Counted from the whole stretch's first letter, positions 1 to 13,040 are shown. The stretch is 59,176 bases of DNA, filler included, from Sphacelaria rigidula (GCA_964200075.2; 5 parts of 5 records of this genome joined end to end with filler, not necessarily neighbours in it); one strand, 5' to 3'. The notes: generated by a model not told the origin, from the sequence alone. A program made the numbers and translations.

Positions 1-179
1 CCATTCTTCTCGACACTTCATAATTCCTGAACTAATTTGTCCTCCGCCCCCCCCCCCCCCCTCCCTTCCTCTGGACGAATCCGTGGTCTCAAGGGATAAA
101 CCCATCTCTCACCGGTACACTCTTTGCATGTAATCTCGCGGATTCGGTCAGTAGTCCTGCACGGTGTCAACTCTCGTCA

Positions 180-525
180 AACAAACTCAGTCAACTATTG
201 TACTATTCGTTTACTCACGTACTCACGCTTTCGGCAGTGGAAATCAAATGCTTGAGGGAAAAGCCCAACGCATCGGCAATCAAACCCACGTTCTCTCTAC
301 CCTGGAGGTGACAATCGGACCATCGGACCACCTGGGCGCTGTCGTCTAACAAACTCAGTCAAGCAAGTATTTTCGCTACTCACATCCCCAAGCTTTTTAG
401 AAAAGGAAGCCAGATACTTCTGAGGGAAAAGTCAAACTAAACGCTTTTGGGGGGGAGTCGAACCCACGTTTTCCCTCCCCTAGTGGTATCCGTCTCACCA
501 TAAAACCGCCGGGGCCTGGCGACTG
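180..525 (-). mobile_element. Two tandem ~170-bp tRNA-derived SINE-like units
   Basis: Two related units, each starting on + with AACAAACTCAGTCAA (~180, ~348) and sharing GAGGGAAAAG and AACCCACGTT blocks. The second reads GGTTCGACTCC (pol III B-box) on the minus strand. Confidence 0.45.
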
Positions 526-956
526 GGGCCTATCCCGTTAGTTTATCTGAGAATCGGCGCATCAAAGTTGTAGTTTTTCAACGCCTTCTTCTCTGAATGT
601 TGAACGGGACGGAATTTTACGGGATGGCGCTGCCTTTCTCTCGAGGATGATAAGGGGCAAGACAGGATATGACGGGACGCCGCGGATTCAACCATCCTAT
701 TCCGAACAACACGTTCCCAATTTATTCGCCCCGTCACGTCACGTCACGTCCCGTCTCGTGGTCCTACAAACTATTCTGCTCGAAAAGTGTGCGGCCTGTG
801 AACTCCCTGCACCGAACTGAACTGTATGGCACTATGTAGTTGTCTTCATCAACGCCACTACTATCTCATGCACACAGTAACGAACAAAGCTCGGTCACAG
901 ACGGTACACCCTCGGCCCTCTTCAGTTTCATTCAATAATGGGTAGCAGATTGGGCG

Positions 957-1003
<47 letters not shown>

Positions 1004-1011
1004 CGCGCGCG
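957..1011. repeat. (GT)n(GC)n compound microsatellite
   Basis: About 55 bp of uninterrupted alternating purine-pyrimidine sequence. Confidence 0.95.
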
Positions 1012-2984
1012 GCTTTATGTGTGCGTGTGTTGCGCTTGCATCTTGTAGATTTTTGTCATCGATGTTGTTTGAGTGTCTTTCGAGATGAAAATTGGTACAG
1101 TGCCAAGTCCTCTCAAGGCAGCGACATGTCGTAGAGGACCGATACGTAGCTGCATTACTTGAGCCTTTGAGCAAAGACAGACTAAACGCCTGAGCGTGAC
1201 GCTCTGTTTTAAGGAAAAACGGTTTTGACTCAGCACCAGGAAACGGGTTGAATGTCCACCCAACCGACAGGGAGCGTCATGTATGAAGTACATTACACGG
1301 GTGGCCACCGGGGTGCTTTTAACCTCGGATTTGGACGCAACAGACGTTGCACAAGATCTGTAACGTCCAAATTTGAGGTTACAGGCACCCCAGTGGCCAC
1401 CAGTGTATCATATTGTTGCATGACGATCGCGGGTCTCGCTTGCTTCTAGCTCTCACCCGAAAGCGAAACTCGTTTGTTTCACCGGGGCAACTCAGTTCTT
1501 TCTCTCTCTCGAGGGAATAAATTCGTTTCTACCATCCTTGCGAACTGGATAATGATAACATTATACGCGAGCACCCCTCTCCAGGCGATATACTGTACCG
1601 CAGACTTGACGCCCAAATAACTCGCCGCTGCTGTTTTTCTTTTCTTACCGGAGGAGCAGCATGAATCTCGTTGTAGTGTTTTGAAATCCAAGTCACGAGA
1701 GCATGTTCAACTACTAATTCTGACCGCAAACGGATCACGGGACATGGCGGGGCGATATATGCTGTCATTCATCCTGCATGTGTTGCGTTTGGGAGTTGCT
1801 GTGACCCCCGTATGTACACATGCACGATACGACCATTTCTTTGCTTTTTGGTGAGTCAGTCTACGATAGAGGGGGAGGAGGTGTTTGATTACACGAAAGA
1901 AGGATCATGGGTGTGTCAGACAACCTAGCACACTCGTGGTGCGCTTGTATTCGGGTCAAAAATGGTGTCAAGCAATATGAGTGAATGTCACTATCGGTAA
2001 GAACCGCGTTCGAACAACTACTATTGGTGCTTTCGTGGAAGAAATGACCCCAATTAACCCCGCCCCCCCTCCCCACCCCTCCCTCGTAGGATGACTCTTC
2101 TGCAGCATGAAATACTCGGTCTTGGTGTTCTTGACTGTATTGAAACATCAGGGCTTTAAGCGAAAAACGATAGCTTCGTGTTTGAATGCCACATAGCTTC
2201 CCCGGCAAAAAGATCACATCATATTCGTCAGATGTGGGCTTTGTGTGTAACGCAAATAGATGGACGGCTGGGACTTCCAGTCATCTTCATCAAACATGAC
2301 GCTTCGACGATTCAGCAGAGGACGCAGCACGGTGGGGGCTTCAAGAAGTAAAACGCATACTGTTTACACCATTTTCTTCATTCGCTGCGGTATTATACCT
2401 GTTGCCGTTGCCCTGCCGACAACATTGCATTGCTGGCAACATATACGCACTTCCATTCCATACTGTACCACACGAGACGAATGCTTGGATACAGGACATC
2501 AGCCAGACACACACTGGGCACATATCAATAATAGTGTTACTTGAGATCATTCAAATCTCTGTTTCGTTTCTGTTTTCATCGACTCGTACATCCTTCTTCC
2601 CTTACAACTTACGAAGCGGGGTTCAAAACGCTGGGAGCGTGGTCACTGGCTTGGTGCCTGTCTGCCTTTCCAATTACTTTTTTCGCTTTTGCACGTAATC
2701 CTACCGCCTATCCATTCGTTTTTCATGACGTTCGAAAAGGAATCCCCAGCGCCAGGAATCAAACTCTTGACGTCATCAGCGGATGAGGCTTGAATCTATC
2801 TCATCTACCACGAGGCGCTCGGTCACAGGAATTCGATGTTCGAGACGGATAACGACGTGTCATTTCTTGATAATATATATCAAGAATGTTTTAGCCTCGA
2901 GTTATGCCACTGCGTCGCTGAAATAAATATAGAGTTGCCGTAAACAAGGCAACGCGAGATGTCAGGAGGGATTTTCTTGCTTAC

Positions 2985-3240
2985 CCACATCCGCTCCCAA
3001 GTCTCACGAGCGAAACCAGCACTTCCGCAGTACTCTCTTGCTCCAGTCGCCCCACCCCGCCAGGCACTGGCCGCCTTACTTTCGTGGTAGCCGGAACTCC
3101 TTCGCCACTTCTTTTTGACCTTGCCCTTGCTGAACGCGATGATGATGCTGCTGCTGCTACTGTTCTCCCCGGTGGCGGCGCGGCACTGTTACCTTGGCCT
3201 CCTGGAACAGCGGTAGGACTGCGCTGGGTTTCCATTTCAG
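2985..3240 (-). CDS. Putative exon of an uncharacterised low-complexity protein
   Basis: GC-rich open frame (…METQRSPTAVPGGQG…LVRLGSGCG) ending at a GG|GTAAG donor at 2984. The 5' boundary is uncertain and no domain was recognised. Confidence 0.3.
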
Positions 3241-3284
3241 AACCGAAGCTTTGGGGTGGTTGCAAGAGTATCGGTAGCGCTGGC

Positions 3285-3313
<29 letters not shown>
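3285..3313. repeat. (CA)n microsatellite
   Basis: Direct observation. Confidence 0.95.
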
Positions 3314-3317
<4 letters not shown>

Positions 3318-4013
3318 GCATACGCAAACACAACAAAGGCATATGCGTGGGTAAGAGTCAGGAAAGAGAAAGAACACCACAAAAACAATGTAGAGCACTA
3401 GATACGGCGCGCTTGGTTGACGTTTTGAAAACATCGCACTGGATGTGCGGCTGCGGGCCGCAGTGAAGACACGCTTGACCTGGCTCCTGGTCATCATCAA
3501 TGGCCAGTTTGCTTACGCAGTGGACGTAATTGCATGTGCACCGGGGGATTGCATCCCAGTGTGGCGCAATAGCTCGTTATGACCGTGCAGTCGAGTGGTA
3601 TCCTCGCAATAGCCAGCTTGAGCGCAACTACTTTGCTGGCACCATGGTTGAGAAACCGTGCGCTGCAATGTTTGACGCAGCGTATCGCGGAATTCCGCAG
3701 TACCAAAGTATCACACTGAAGCGGAGTCTCACTGTACTGGGACAGCTACAGATGGGTTCCTGAGTCGGGATCGAACAAAGCATTCGAATGGGCAAGTGAG
3801 ATTGTCATGTACACCCGATACGCATACCCTACACCGGTGTTTCACGTTGATCCCCCGCTCCCCGCTTTATACAGTCAATCTCTCCTGCTCGAACTCGGTA
3901 CTTGAGGGATACAGCTGCGCACACAGCTACGTGCAGTAGTGCACACATGAGCAACACTCCCAACTTTGCGTATTTCTATCTCGCCATGTCTGACCACAAA
4001 TGCAAACCCATAC

Positions 4014-4860
4014 CGGAGTAATCGCTGATGTCGTCCGCGGCCTCTTCCCCCACCGCTCCTGCCACCGGTGACAACAACGGACCAAACGCCACCATCCCCA
4101 CGAGGTCTTCAAGAGCCTGTTTGTTGTAATTTACATCCCCGCCACCCCGGCGGCCGTTTTCACCCCCACCCGTCCCTCCGTCTATCCTATCATCTTGATC
4201 GCCATCACCACCATGAAGAATCGCGCCGTGACTACTCCTGATGCCCACGTCAGCATCTCCGGTCCCACTGTCGACACAATTACCATTTCTGCTCGCTACG
4301 CCGATTCCCACTCCGTCGCTCATGTGCCGCCCGTTCGATATACTGTACCCGGTATTAGCGGCGTCACGGGGCGAGGAATGACGGCGATGGTGATGACGAT
4401 GTTGACACCAACTATCGAGCCCCCCCGCCCGCCTCAGCGGTTCACGGTTAGTAGAAAATTCTGCTACATTTGTGCTTGCGCATACTATAACCTGAGATGT
4501 GTCGACAGATACTTTTGCTGTGCCCATACCAGTGCTTGTTATAGCACGCGGTTCACCAGCACACGCTTTTGCCGTGCTTGTGCTGGAGCTTGTGCTGGTG
4601 GTGCGGCCAAGATTTGCCAGTAGTCGCTGCAATTGTTGGCGCCGGTACCACAGGCTTTCAGGTGTGAGAACAACGCGTTGGCGGCAACAACGAAGGTGTC
4701 GCTGTCGTTCTTCCTGTTGTTGTTGTTGTTGTTGGCGGTGGTCGTGATGCTGTCTCGGCGATATCATGGGATAGGCCACGACTTCCAGCATGACGACTTC
4801 GTCGTCGTCCTGCTCGCTGTTGACGTTGGTGTCTTGAGATGGGTCCTGTTCTTCTGTTGA
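4014..4860 (-). CDS. Putative exon of an uncharacterised low-complexity protein (Q/S/T/G/H runs)
   Basis: A 271-aa ORF whose frame stays open further upstream (…STEEQDPSQDTNVNSEQDDDEVVMLEV…). Candidate donor CCG|GTATGG at 4013. No domain recognised. Confidence 0.4.
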
Positions 4861-5932
4861 CCTCCGGCGGTCTCCCGATAGAACGACGGGATTAAGCGTT
4901 GGGGGGGCTTGACAGGAAGACGCGAATACCTATATTTCAAAAGAAATCCAATACGAGCAAGTACACGAAGAAGGGACCGCAAGCCTGATACATGTACAAG
5001 CACTACATGACGTGACGTTGCGTACGCCAGTCATGACGGCATCTGCGGCGTTACGGGACTCCGTACTCACGCGCCTTACATCGCAGGGTGGCGCAGGGTA
5101 CAGGGTGGAAGGTGCGGGATTCGTTTTGGGGTCGAAGAGGACAGAGAACGGGTACGAGTGGATGGAGGTTCCTCATGGAACGCCACGTGGAGTGTTCATC
5201 AGGTGTTCCTGTTCAAAGTGGGGACAACATAGTGCAAAGATACTGCTTGTGCAAAATGACACGGTGGTGAGCGGGTGGATGTTTCTCCTGTAACTGCATG
5301 CGAGGTTCATCGGGAAGTCGTCTCGTGCAACGCAGGCCACTAGCGAGGCGCAGTGGTTCGAGGAGATGCCGGTATATACGGCATGGAAGTTCACAGCTGG
5401 GACTAAATCTTGTTCCATGGGTATTTTGCTACTGAACTAACGGCTTGAGAAGTGACGTTGGTACTGCCCAACGCCCCTGTGAGCCATACGCCAGCGCATG
5501 TGTCCGTACAGTCTAGGGTTACAGTATCTCTTCTTGCGGACGGTAACTCCCCCTTGCCCCCACCGCGAACTCCGACAATGCGGCTCTAATGCGGATGGTC
5601 ACGTTTCCGATATTCTCGCCATAAGAAGCACGCAAACCCCAGCATATAACAGGAAACGTCCACAACACAAGTCAGACACAAGAAGCATTTCTCAAAGCTC
5701 AAAAGCGTGCGAGGAGCCTCTAACACAAAAGCCATAATGAAATCACACTGTTGTTCGCCCAGCACATCAAGAAAACACAGTTTCATATGGAGCAATACTT
5801 TTCATGCGCAGCAGCAAGTGAAGACCTGCCACTGCTGTACTGCAAAACGCGCGGTCTCGTTGGTCGACCGCGCTTGCGCTACCCGCGCAGGAAAACCATG
5901 TCGCTCCTGGACTTGGCACCCGAATATCTGCC

Positions 5933-7336
5933 TTACTCTAATCTCACCTCAACAACAGACACCACGCTACCCATTGGAAGCCCATTTCGATCCAAAATTG
6001 GCACACGGACTCCCTTCCTAAGCGCTAAACGCCTTTGCTGAGGTTTCTGATCTCTCCTGATACCCCCCGCCGACACCGGTACCGCTTGTGCTGCCCCGTT
6101 TGCGATACTTATGACCTCCTCCGCCAAACGAGCACTCGAAACCGGCCGACCACCGGAAACGGCGTTCCCCACAACTTTCGCCACGATCTCGTCTGTCAAA
6201 ACGACGCGCGCTTCCGACCCGTCGTTTGGATTATAACTCGCGATCATCCATGATGCTGGTGCTGCTACCACTGCCTTTGAATTTTCTACTGCTGCTACTC
6301 CTGCTTCTGCTTCTTCTTCTGCAGTGGCGGAGTGGTTGTTTCTGCCGTTGCCCTCACCATTGTCCCCGTCCCTTTGCTGCTCTTTTTGCTGCCCATTCAT
6401 ACGAGGTTGCCGCGAATAATCAACTGTTGTCGCAGCCGCGTCAACAAGATCATCGTGCCCGCCGCTGCCACCGGCTACTGAAGAACCGGCGACTGAGCCA
6501 GTGGACGCGGACGAATCAGCGATGCTAGCAGTCGAGGTGCCGATAGCACTACCAGGGACTACAGCACCGCTGGCGTAATCAACAGCAAACCCAGCGGCAG
6601 TTACCACAGAAAGTTGTTGTGGTGTTGGCGTTGGCTTTGTTGGTGGTGCAAAACGCATCACGCGTAGATATCTCTTGCACGAATCTACCATCGCGGAAGA
6701 AGCGCTGCTATCACCTGCGGCACTCTTGCGCTTCGCACCGATCGTTGCTGAGACAGGCGCGATTCTTGGACGTTCGCTGGCCAAGACGACTAAGGTGGGC
6801 AACGTGTCGGGGGGTGGTGGGAGCTTGGGGGACGGCCCGCCCTCGGAATCCACATCGGCGTATCGAGAGCTTTTTGCTGACGACCTCGCTTCTTCTCCTG
6901 CTGAGGCCACAGCGTTACTGCTGTACTCAACACCACCGCCCTTGTTGTCGGCTCTTTCCGGCCGATTGTCAGGGATGCCTCTAGATGACGCAGTCGGCTG
7001 TTGCTCTTGCTGCGTCGTTGCCGGGTTAGATATCGCAAGCGGTGCAAATGACGGCGACGACCCTGACGCAGCTGTTGTTGTTGTGTGCTCCGCCTGCGAA
7101 GCGGAGAAATACACCGCATTCCTGAAGGCGACTTGCGCCTGGACGGACTGTATCTGCGACTTCGAAGCCGTGATCGCTTCGCTGTCCCTCCCCCCGCAAA
7201 GTCCCCTTCTCTCATGTACGTTACCATAATCGTTGTCGCTCCCTGCTGGTGCAGCAGCGACATTTTTGTCGGCAGCAGCACACATGGATCGAGTTGGGGA
7301 CGAGGCGAGCGGACGGGGGACGGGGAGGGGGGACAC
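5933..7336 (-). CDS. Long low-complexity ORF or exon (467 aa, A/S/G-rich, likely disordered), unknown function
   Basis: 1.4-kb stop-free frame. The ORF-track start is a GTG inside a LINE tail, so the true 5' end is probably a splice acceptor. Possible donor GAG|GTGAGA near 5947. Confidence 0.5.
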   Translation of the reverse strand: MSPLPVPRPLASSPTRSMCAAADKNVAAAPAGSDNDYGNVHERRGLCGGRDSEAITASKSQIQSVQAQVAFRNAVYFSASQAEHTTTTAASGSSPSFAPLAISNPATTQQEQQPTASSRGIPDNRPERADNKGGGVEYSSNAVASAGEEARSSAKSSRYADVDSEGGPSPKLPPPPDTLPTLVVLASERPRIAPVSATIGAKRKSAAGDSSASSAMVDSCKRYLRVMRFAPPTKPTPTPQQLSVVTAAGFAVDYASGAVVPGSAIGTSTASIADSSASTGSVAGSSVAGGSGGHDDLVDAAATTVDYSRQPRMNGQQKEQQRDGDNGEGNGRNNHSATAEEEAEAGVAAVENSKAVVAAPASWMIASYNPNDGSEARVVLTDEIVAKVVGNAVSGGRPVSSARLAEEVISIANGAAQAVPVSAGGIRRDQKPQQRRLALRKGVRVPILDRNGLPMGSVVSVVEVRLE

Positions 7337-7550
7337 TCATGATCTTGCATGCCGAGTCATAAAGACCTTTGACCTCGTATCTCTTTCAAGATGAGGCGGA
7401 GCACGCCGGATGTTCACCGAACAAGGGTTGCAATCAATCACCAAGCGCCAAGCGCGGTGATGCGTTTGGCGAGTCCCATGAAGGGTGGGCTGCACCCTGC
7501 TGAGAGTGTCCGACCTGACGCGTACTAATCATCTTGCATATGGATGGCAG
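7320..7550 (-). mobile_element. LINE 3'-end fragment (C-rich-tail family)
   Basis: Homologous to 7846-7960 and 33405-33630. Ends GGCATGCAAGATCATGAGTGT followed by a C-rich run on the element strand. Confidence 0.75.
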
Positions 7551-7829
7551 TTTCGAATAGATCGCTTCATTTTCTGGTATCGCCACTTCCAAAGATGACG
7601 ACGGGTTACACTGCCTCACGGGTGTTTCATTATATACGATACGTGGTACAATCATCCCCATTGCGTGGGGTTGAGGTTCCCCACCCCGCAAAATGTGATC
7701 TAACTCGACCACCATCATGGTTACCGCGAAGAAAAGCGCAAGCGAGAAGAAAAGCTATATCCTGGCTGCCTACTTTATGCTGTGAATGGCGTGTTTTACA
7801 GCGTCGTTGCCAACCGATACCAACCCTGA

Positions 7830-10800
7830 AAGGGGGGGAGGGAGGGGTGTACTCATGATCTTGCATGCCATATTCACACGACCATTGGCCGCGCATCCAT
7901 ACAAAGCCGGGACCGAGCATGCCGGCTTTTCGCCGGACCAGGCTCGCAATCAATCACCAAGCGCGGAGCGTCGGAAAGGATTTCTCGTTTGACCATTGAC
8001 CACGAATTTCTTTCGAGACGGAGTACCGTTCCTACTCCTGATATAGACACCTCCAACATTTAGGTGCTCATCACGTTTCTTCCACACGTTACACGACAAT
8101 CTTTTACATATCTTATCCCCGTCCTGTTTCGCCATTTGTGGCCACCATCTATCTCCTGGTATGGTCATCGTTTTCTCGCTGCTGTCTATTACATCTAACG
8201 ATCTCATGCCACCTTCGTTTACTTCCCGCATTTCCCCCTCTAGTACGTCCCGTTCCTCCTTGTATAGTCCACATTCTGCCACTATATGTGTTCTACTCTC
8301 TATTACTTCACCACAGGGGCAGTTCTCTGCATCTACTCCCCCCTTCACTCGATATTTGGTGTACCTCTTTCTTCTTTCTGGCAGGTCCAGGTCCTCTACC
8401 CGAAAAAATCGCACTTCTAAATTTTTCGCCAAGTCCATTGCGCCGTGCAGATATGTTTACATCCCGATCACCTCTACCAATCCCCCCTATATCTTCAGGT
8501 GTTCTTCTTCGTTTACGTTGCGTCTGAGTGCTCATTTTCCCCTTATTTCTATCATGTCCCTTACTTTTGTCTTGTACCCCGTGCCTTCACCTATGGACAG
8601 TATTTCGTATTGGTCCCATCCTATCTCTTTCCATACGTTCTCGACTAGTTTATCCCACCTTATTCCAGCCGGTGCCCTGTGACCATTTACTTTCATACAG
8701 CCCTATCAACTATGGCTGGCAATCTCTTCCTCTGTATGTTCTTTACTCTTTATTGCCATTTCAATGTAATCATGCCTCTGTTTGTTTTGAGTGGGTGCAT
8801 TCCCAACTCTGCTCTCAATGCTATATTATTCGTCATTTTTTATTATCCAAATACTTTCTTAGTTGCTGCCATCTGTACTGTGCCCAACTTCTTTACCAAC
8901 TTCGCGTTCCCCTCCCATACTTCTCCTGCATATTCCAGCTTTGGTACAGCCACATTCATCAGAATACATATCTGGCCGCGTATCTAGGTACGAGTCTCTG
9001 AGGATCACGTCCATCTTGCCTATCTGTGCCTTACCCTGTTCTACTACTTTTTTTATGTGTGCATCCCCAGGACACTTTATTGAAATCTCTAAGGTATGCC
9101 AAGGTATGTATACTGGTCGATGATCGTCGATTCCTCTTCACCCCACTTTGATTTGAACTCCACCGGGCTGTTCTTATCTTCGTTACATACAAGTACCGCG
9201 CATTTGTTTACGTTCACGACCACTCTCCATTTCCTAGTGTATTCTAGCACCTTCTCTATTTGCTTCTGCAATCCTTCTGGAGTTTTTAATATCCCCACGA
9301 AATCATTCGTGAACATCAATCCTGATATCATATCTTCCCCCACCTTGACTCCTTGTTTTGCTGCCTCTATTGCTGTTTTCAGGTATTTGATAAATACTTG
9401 GAATCAAGCGGGTGATCACGCACATCCTTGTGCAGTTCCCTGTAAAATATCAAAATATTTCGATAATTCCCCGCCTAGCCTTGGCACATCCTGTCGTCTT
9501 CTTCCTCATTCTCCACATATTTCCTCTGGTCCCAGTTCCCACAACGTTTTCTTCAATCTATTTCTCTACACTGTGCCATAGGCCTTTTGCACGTCCATAA
9601 AGAAGCAGTACTCATACATTGTCAGCCCGTCGTCTTTCCTACCTTGAATAATCTTTCTAGTGTGTACACATGGTCTACGCAACGACGGTTTGGTGGAAAA
9701 CCTGCTTGCCCCTCGCTGAGGTTCTCTTCCTTTCCTCGTATTGTTCCCATTCCATCATTCAGCATCTTACAGAATGTTGTCCCTACGATGGTCAGTAGCG
9801 TTATCCCCCTACAATTTCGTGGGTAAGCCTTGTCTTCTTTCTTGAAGCGGTTGACTATTACTCCTTCTCTCCACCTCTTGAGTGTGTACTCGTTGTTCCA
9901 TATCCAGTTGTACAGCATAACCATACTCGAAATGATTCCCTCTCCTCCGTACTTGAGGAATTAATTCATTCTTTCGTCTACCCCTGCTGCCTTTCTGTTC
10001 TCGACGTTAGCTGCACATTCCTCTTGTTAATCTCTGGTAAACTCTCTCTGCAGTATTTTGGGGCCACTATCTTCCGGCTTTGATGTCTCTACATTTGCCT
10101 CTGCCCATGCCTTGACTTTTTTCTCGAATTCCGTGTCGAACCTCTTGTTTGCTTTTTGTACTCGTAGTTTACGGTAGTGGTCTACTACTACTTTTTTTTC
10201 CCCTTCGTACTACTGACCATTTTATCGTTCTGTGCTCGTAGTGTGGCTATCAAGTTGTCTATCTTCCCTGCCTGGTTTTCCATTATACCCTTTATCCCTA
10301 CCCACATTAATTTCTTCCTGCCATCGAAATACTCGTTCGTTTTATCCACTACATCTTTCCGTAGTACCTCCTTTTTCTTCTCCATCATATGTTTTGCTTC
10401 TTTTCGAGCTTTAGTATACTCCTCCCAACCGATCGTACTTTTAATTGATGTGTATCCTGCGTGCGCCTCTTTCCTTACTCTTACGGCCTCTTTTACTTCC
10501 TCATTCCACCATTTTACCGCTCTGTTACATACGATTAGTTCCTTCCCTATGACTTTGCTCGCTGCGTTCTTGACCAACTGCTCTCATTCTTCTATAACCT
10601 TCGCTCCTGCCCCATCCCTTTACCTTTCGGTATCAACTGCACCTACACTTTCGAACAGTTCGGAAACCTTTACTGCATTTTTGGTCATCTCTTCTTGAAA
10701 CTCTTGCTGTTATATTTCATTTCTAGTATACATATTCTCCGTTTATACACTTTCCCACTCCGCTTATTTCTCTTAGCTCTCGTTTGTTGGAATTATGTCC

Positions 10801-10993
10801 ATATTAGTTATGATCTGTCGTTCCCACGTCTTTTGCGCATACATATACCTCAATTTCCTCACTATTTCCATGCTCCACCACTATGTAGTCAAGAGCGGAG
10901 CGTTCCCTCTCGCCTTTGCATTTTCTAACCCATGTCCATTTCGCCTCTGGCTTTTGAGCTCTATCGTTCAGCGTCTTCATCTCGTTATGCTCA
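7830..10993 (-). mobile_element. Degenerate 5'-truncated non-LTR retrotransposon (APE endonuclease C-terminus plus reverse transcriptase)
   Basis: Fragmented frames contain the APE C-terminal SALDYIVV…TTDHN, the RT N-terminal WREGVIVNRFKKEDKAYPRNCRGITLL…QAGFPPNRRCVDH, a degenerate FADD box (LMFTNDFVG), YTYLG and a C-terminal CPCG…HIVAEC. Many stops and frameshifts. Confidence 0.9.
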
Positions 10994-11756
10994 AGGAGAG
11001 GGGGGTTGACATTCACATGCAAAAATGCGTAAAAGATAAATACTGCAGACGTGGACAATGGTACTGTAGAAGATTGAGAGTCATTTGGGTGATTTGACAA
11101 GCTAGGTGAAGCTGCCAAACGACCGCGAAATAACCCACGTAGAGAGGGGTTCCGTGTGAATCAGGACACTCCGAAAGCGGAGGTCTGAATCCACACCTCA
11201 ACGCCAAACACATGAATCAGGGGAGTCCAGACGGTTGATAACCAAGACAATCACGATGGATTAGATGCACTTCTCAAGCAAACGGGGGAGAGGGCCGGTT
11301 TCGTTCCTTGCACATGGTAGGCAAGCGTCAGGGTTCATGCCGCTTCGTGTCTTGTCGCGCAAGTCAGCGTAAGGTACCAATTTCTCTGTGTCATCCACCC
11401 TAATTTGCGGGAATTTCCTCTGTGTGGCGATATTGTATGTGGTTTATTTATAGTCACCCTGCCAGCCTCCCCTGAAACTCCCCTTCTGCACCAAACCTGA
11501 AACCTGGCCGGAGTTCGAAGAGTCCATGTTGGTACGTAAATCAGTGTTTGAGTATCTAGATTTTCGCACGCTCGGGGCATACTGGTCGTGCATTATTATC
11601 GACGGTACATGAGAGCAGGTTAGCTTTCCGTGTCGTTGACATCGCCACAGCTGATTTTGTACATACTACACACAGCCATATTACAAGTGAAAGGTCCAGC
11701 GAGAAAACACGCGTTAACACCACAACCCCACCCCCCCCGCACCACCACGCCACCCG

Positions 11757-11856
11757 NNNNNNNNNNNNNNNNNNNNNNNNNNNNNNNNNNNNNNNNNNNN
11801 TTAATTAATTAANNNNNNNNNNNNNNNNNNNNNNNNNNNNNNNNNNNNNNNNNNNN
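11757..11856. other. Artificial contig spacer (N44-TTAATTAATTAA-N44)
   Basis: Identical 100-nt linker with stops in all six frames. Confidence 0.98.
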
Positions 11857-11992
11857 CGGCAGGATTTTGCACCAATGTGCGAGGTGAGCGTTTTGTCCAT
11901 TAATGATGCAGACACACCCGGCCGCTGAAAGCTATGAAAACCCTGCTCTCAATCGTATCGTAGATTCTCAATCTCACGAAAACATTGTTCAT

Positions 11993-13040
11993 CCTGCACT
12001 CGGGGGATCTGTGTCAAACACCCTCACTCAATAGTTCACGGCCTCCGATACTCTCTGTCAAACACGTCCAAGCAATACGTGCTCGTCTGATGCTCATCTC
12101 ACCAAAACCTTAGTCAATCGAACACTGTCAATAGTCGTACTGCAGGCCTGCATACAACCGTTGGATAACGCGAAAGCTTCAAGTCGTCTTCTCCATAATG
12201 GGAAATCAGCACTTCCCTCTAAGTTGGGGACAGCAGCCTTGATGCTGCTCACTTCCCTAGGGTTCAAGGCAAAAGTGCTACCTCCTGCAATCCCACCCTT
12301 ACCGACAGGTGGCAGCAGGCTATCGGTGGTGACTCCACGTCTACGACCAGAAGCAGACCCTGCCCGCTCCACGCCCGTAGTATCGTCGACATATGATAGT
12401 TGATCTCAACTGACGGACCTTTCAATTTGTCCGCCTCTGCTTTCCTGGGCAGCCTCAACGCGTGACAGCCTTTCACAGGCACCGTAGGTAAGGTACCGTA
12501 CCGAGCGTACCCCCGGTATTACCGGGGTATCCCATACCGTGGTATGCGTAAGTATCGTAGGTATGACATTTGAAAATGCCGGATTGAGCCGGTACGGTAG
12601 GTATTGAAATCTCGAAATACCCTGGTATCGTTGGTATCGTAGGTATGACATTTGAAGATACCGGATTGGGCCGGAACGGTGGGTATTGAAATCTCGAAAT
12701 ACCCTGGTATCGTAGGTATCGTAGGTATGGCATTTCAAAATACCGGGTTGAGCCGGTGTGGTAGATATTGAAATCTCGAAATACCGTGGCATCGTGGGTA
12801 TCGTACGCATGAGATTTGAAAATATCGGATGGGACCGGAATCGGTAGGGTATGAGATGTCCCAAATACCGGTACCGTGTACCTACCTTACCTACGGTGCC
12901 TGTGCAGCCTTTCTACCAAGGTCCTTGTCTGCGTCTCGAGCAGCGCCCCCAATTCTTCCACTGCGCTGTCTTGATCAGCCATCTCAGAGCAACGGTCCAA
13001 GTTCGAACTTATACGTTCATGTATTGGAATGATCGTGTTG
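11993..13040 (-). mobile_element. Copia gag/leader relic, same family as 26149-31976, split by a MITE
   Basis: Nucleotide and protein similarity to ~30960-31595 (VERAGSAS…GVTTDSLLP). Only ~17 bp of LTR-like sequence is retained at ~13022-13040. Confidence 0.85.
12474..12904. mobile_element. 431-bp MITE with 22-bp TIRs, 8-bp TSD and four internal 82-bp tandem repeats
   Basis: TIRs CACAGGCACCGTAGGTAAGGTA / TACCTTACCTACGGTGCCTGTG. TSD CAGCCTTT at 12466-12473 and 12905-12912. Repeat units start at 12552, 12634, 12716 and 12798. Confidence 0.92.

Noticed and set aside
11801..11812. TTAATTAATTAA as a biological motif
   Set aside because: It is embedded in N-runs four times identically and is a six-frame stop linker.
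12552..12875. CRISPR or coding repeat in the 82-bp units
   Set aside because: The units are similar along their whole length, are not a multiple of three, and lie inside TIRs with a TSD.
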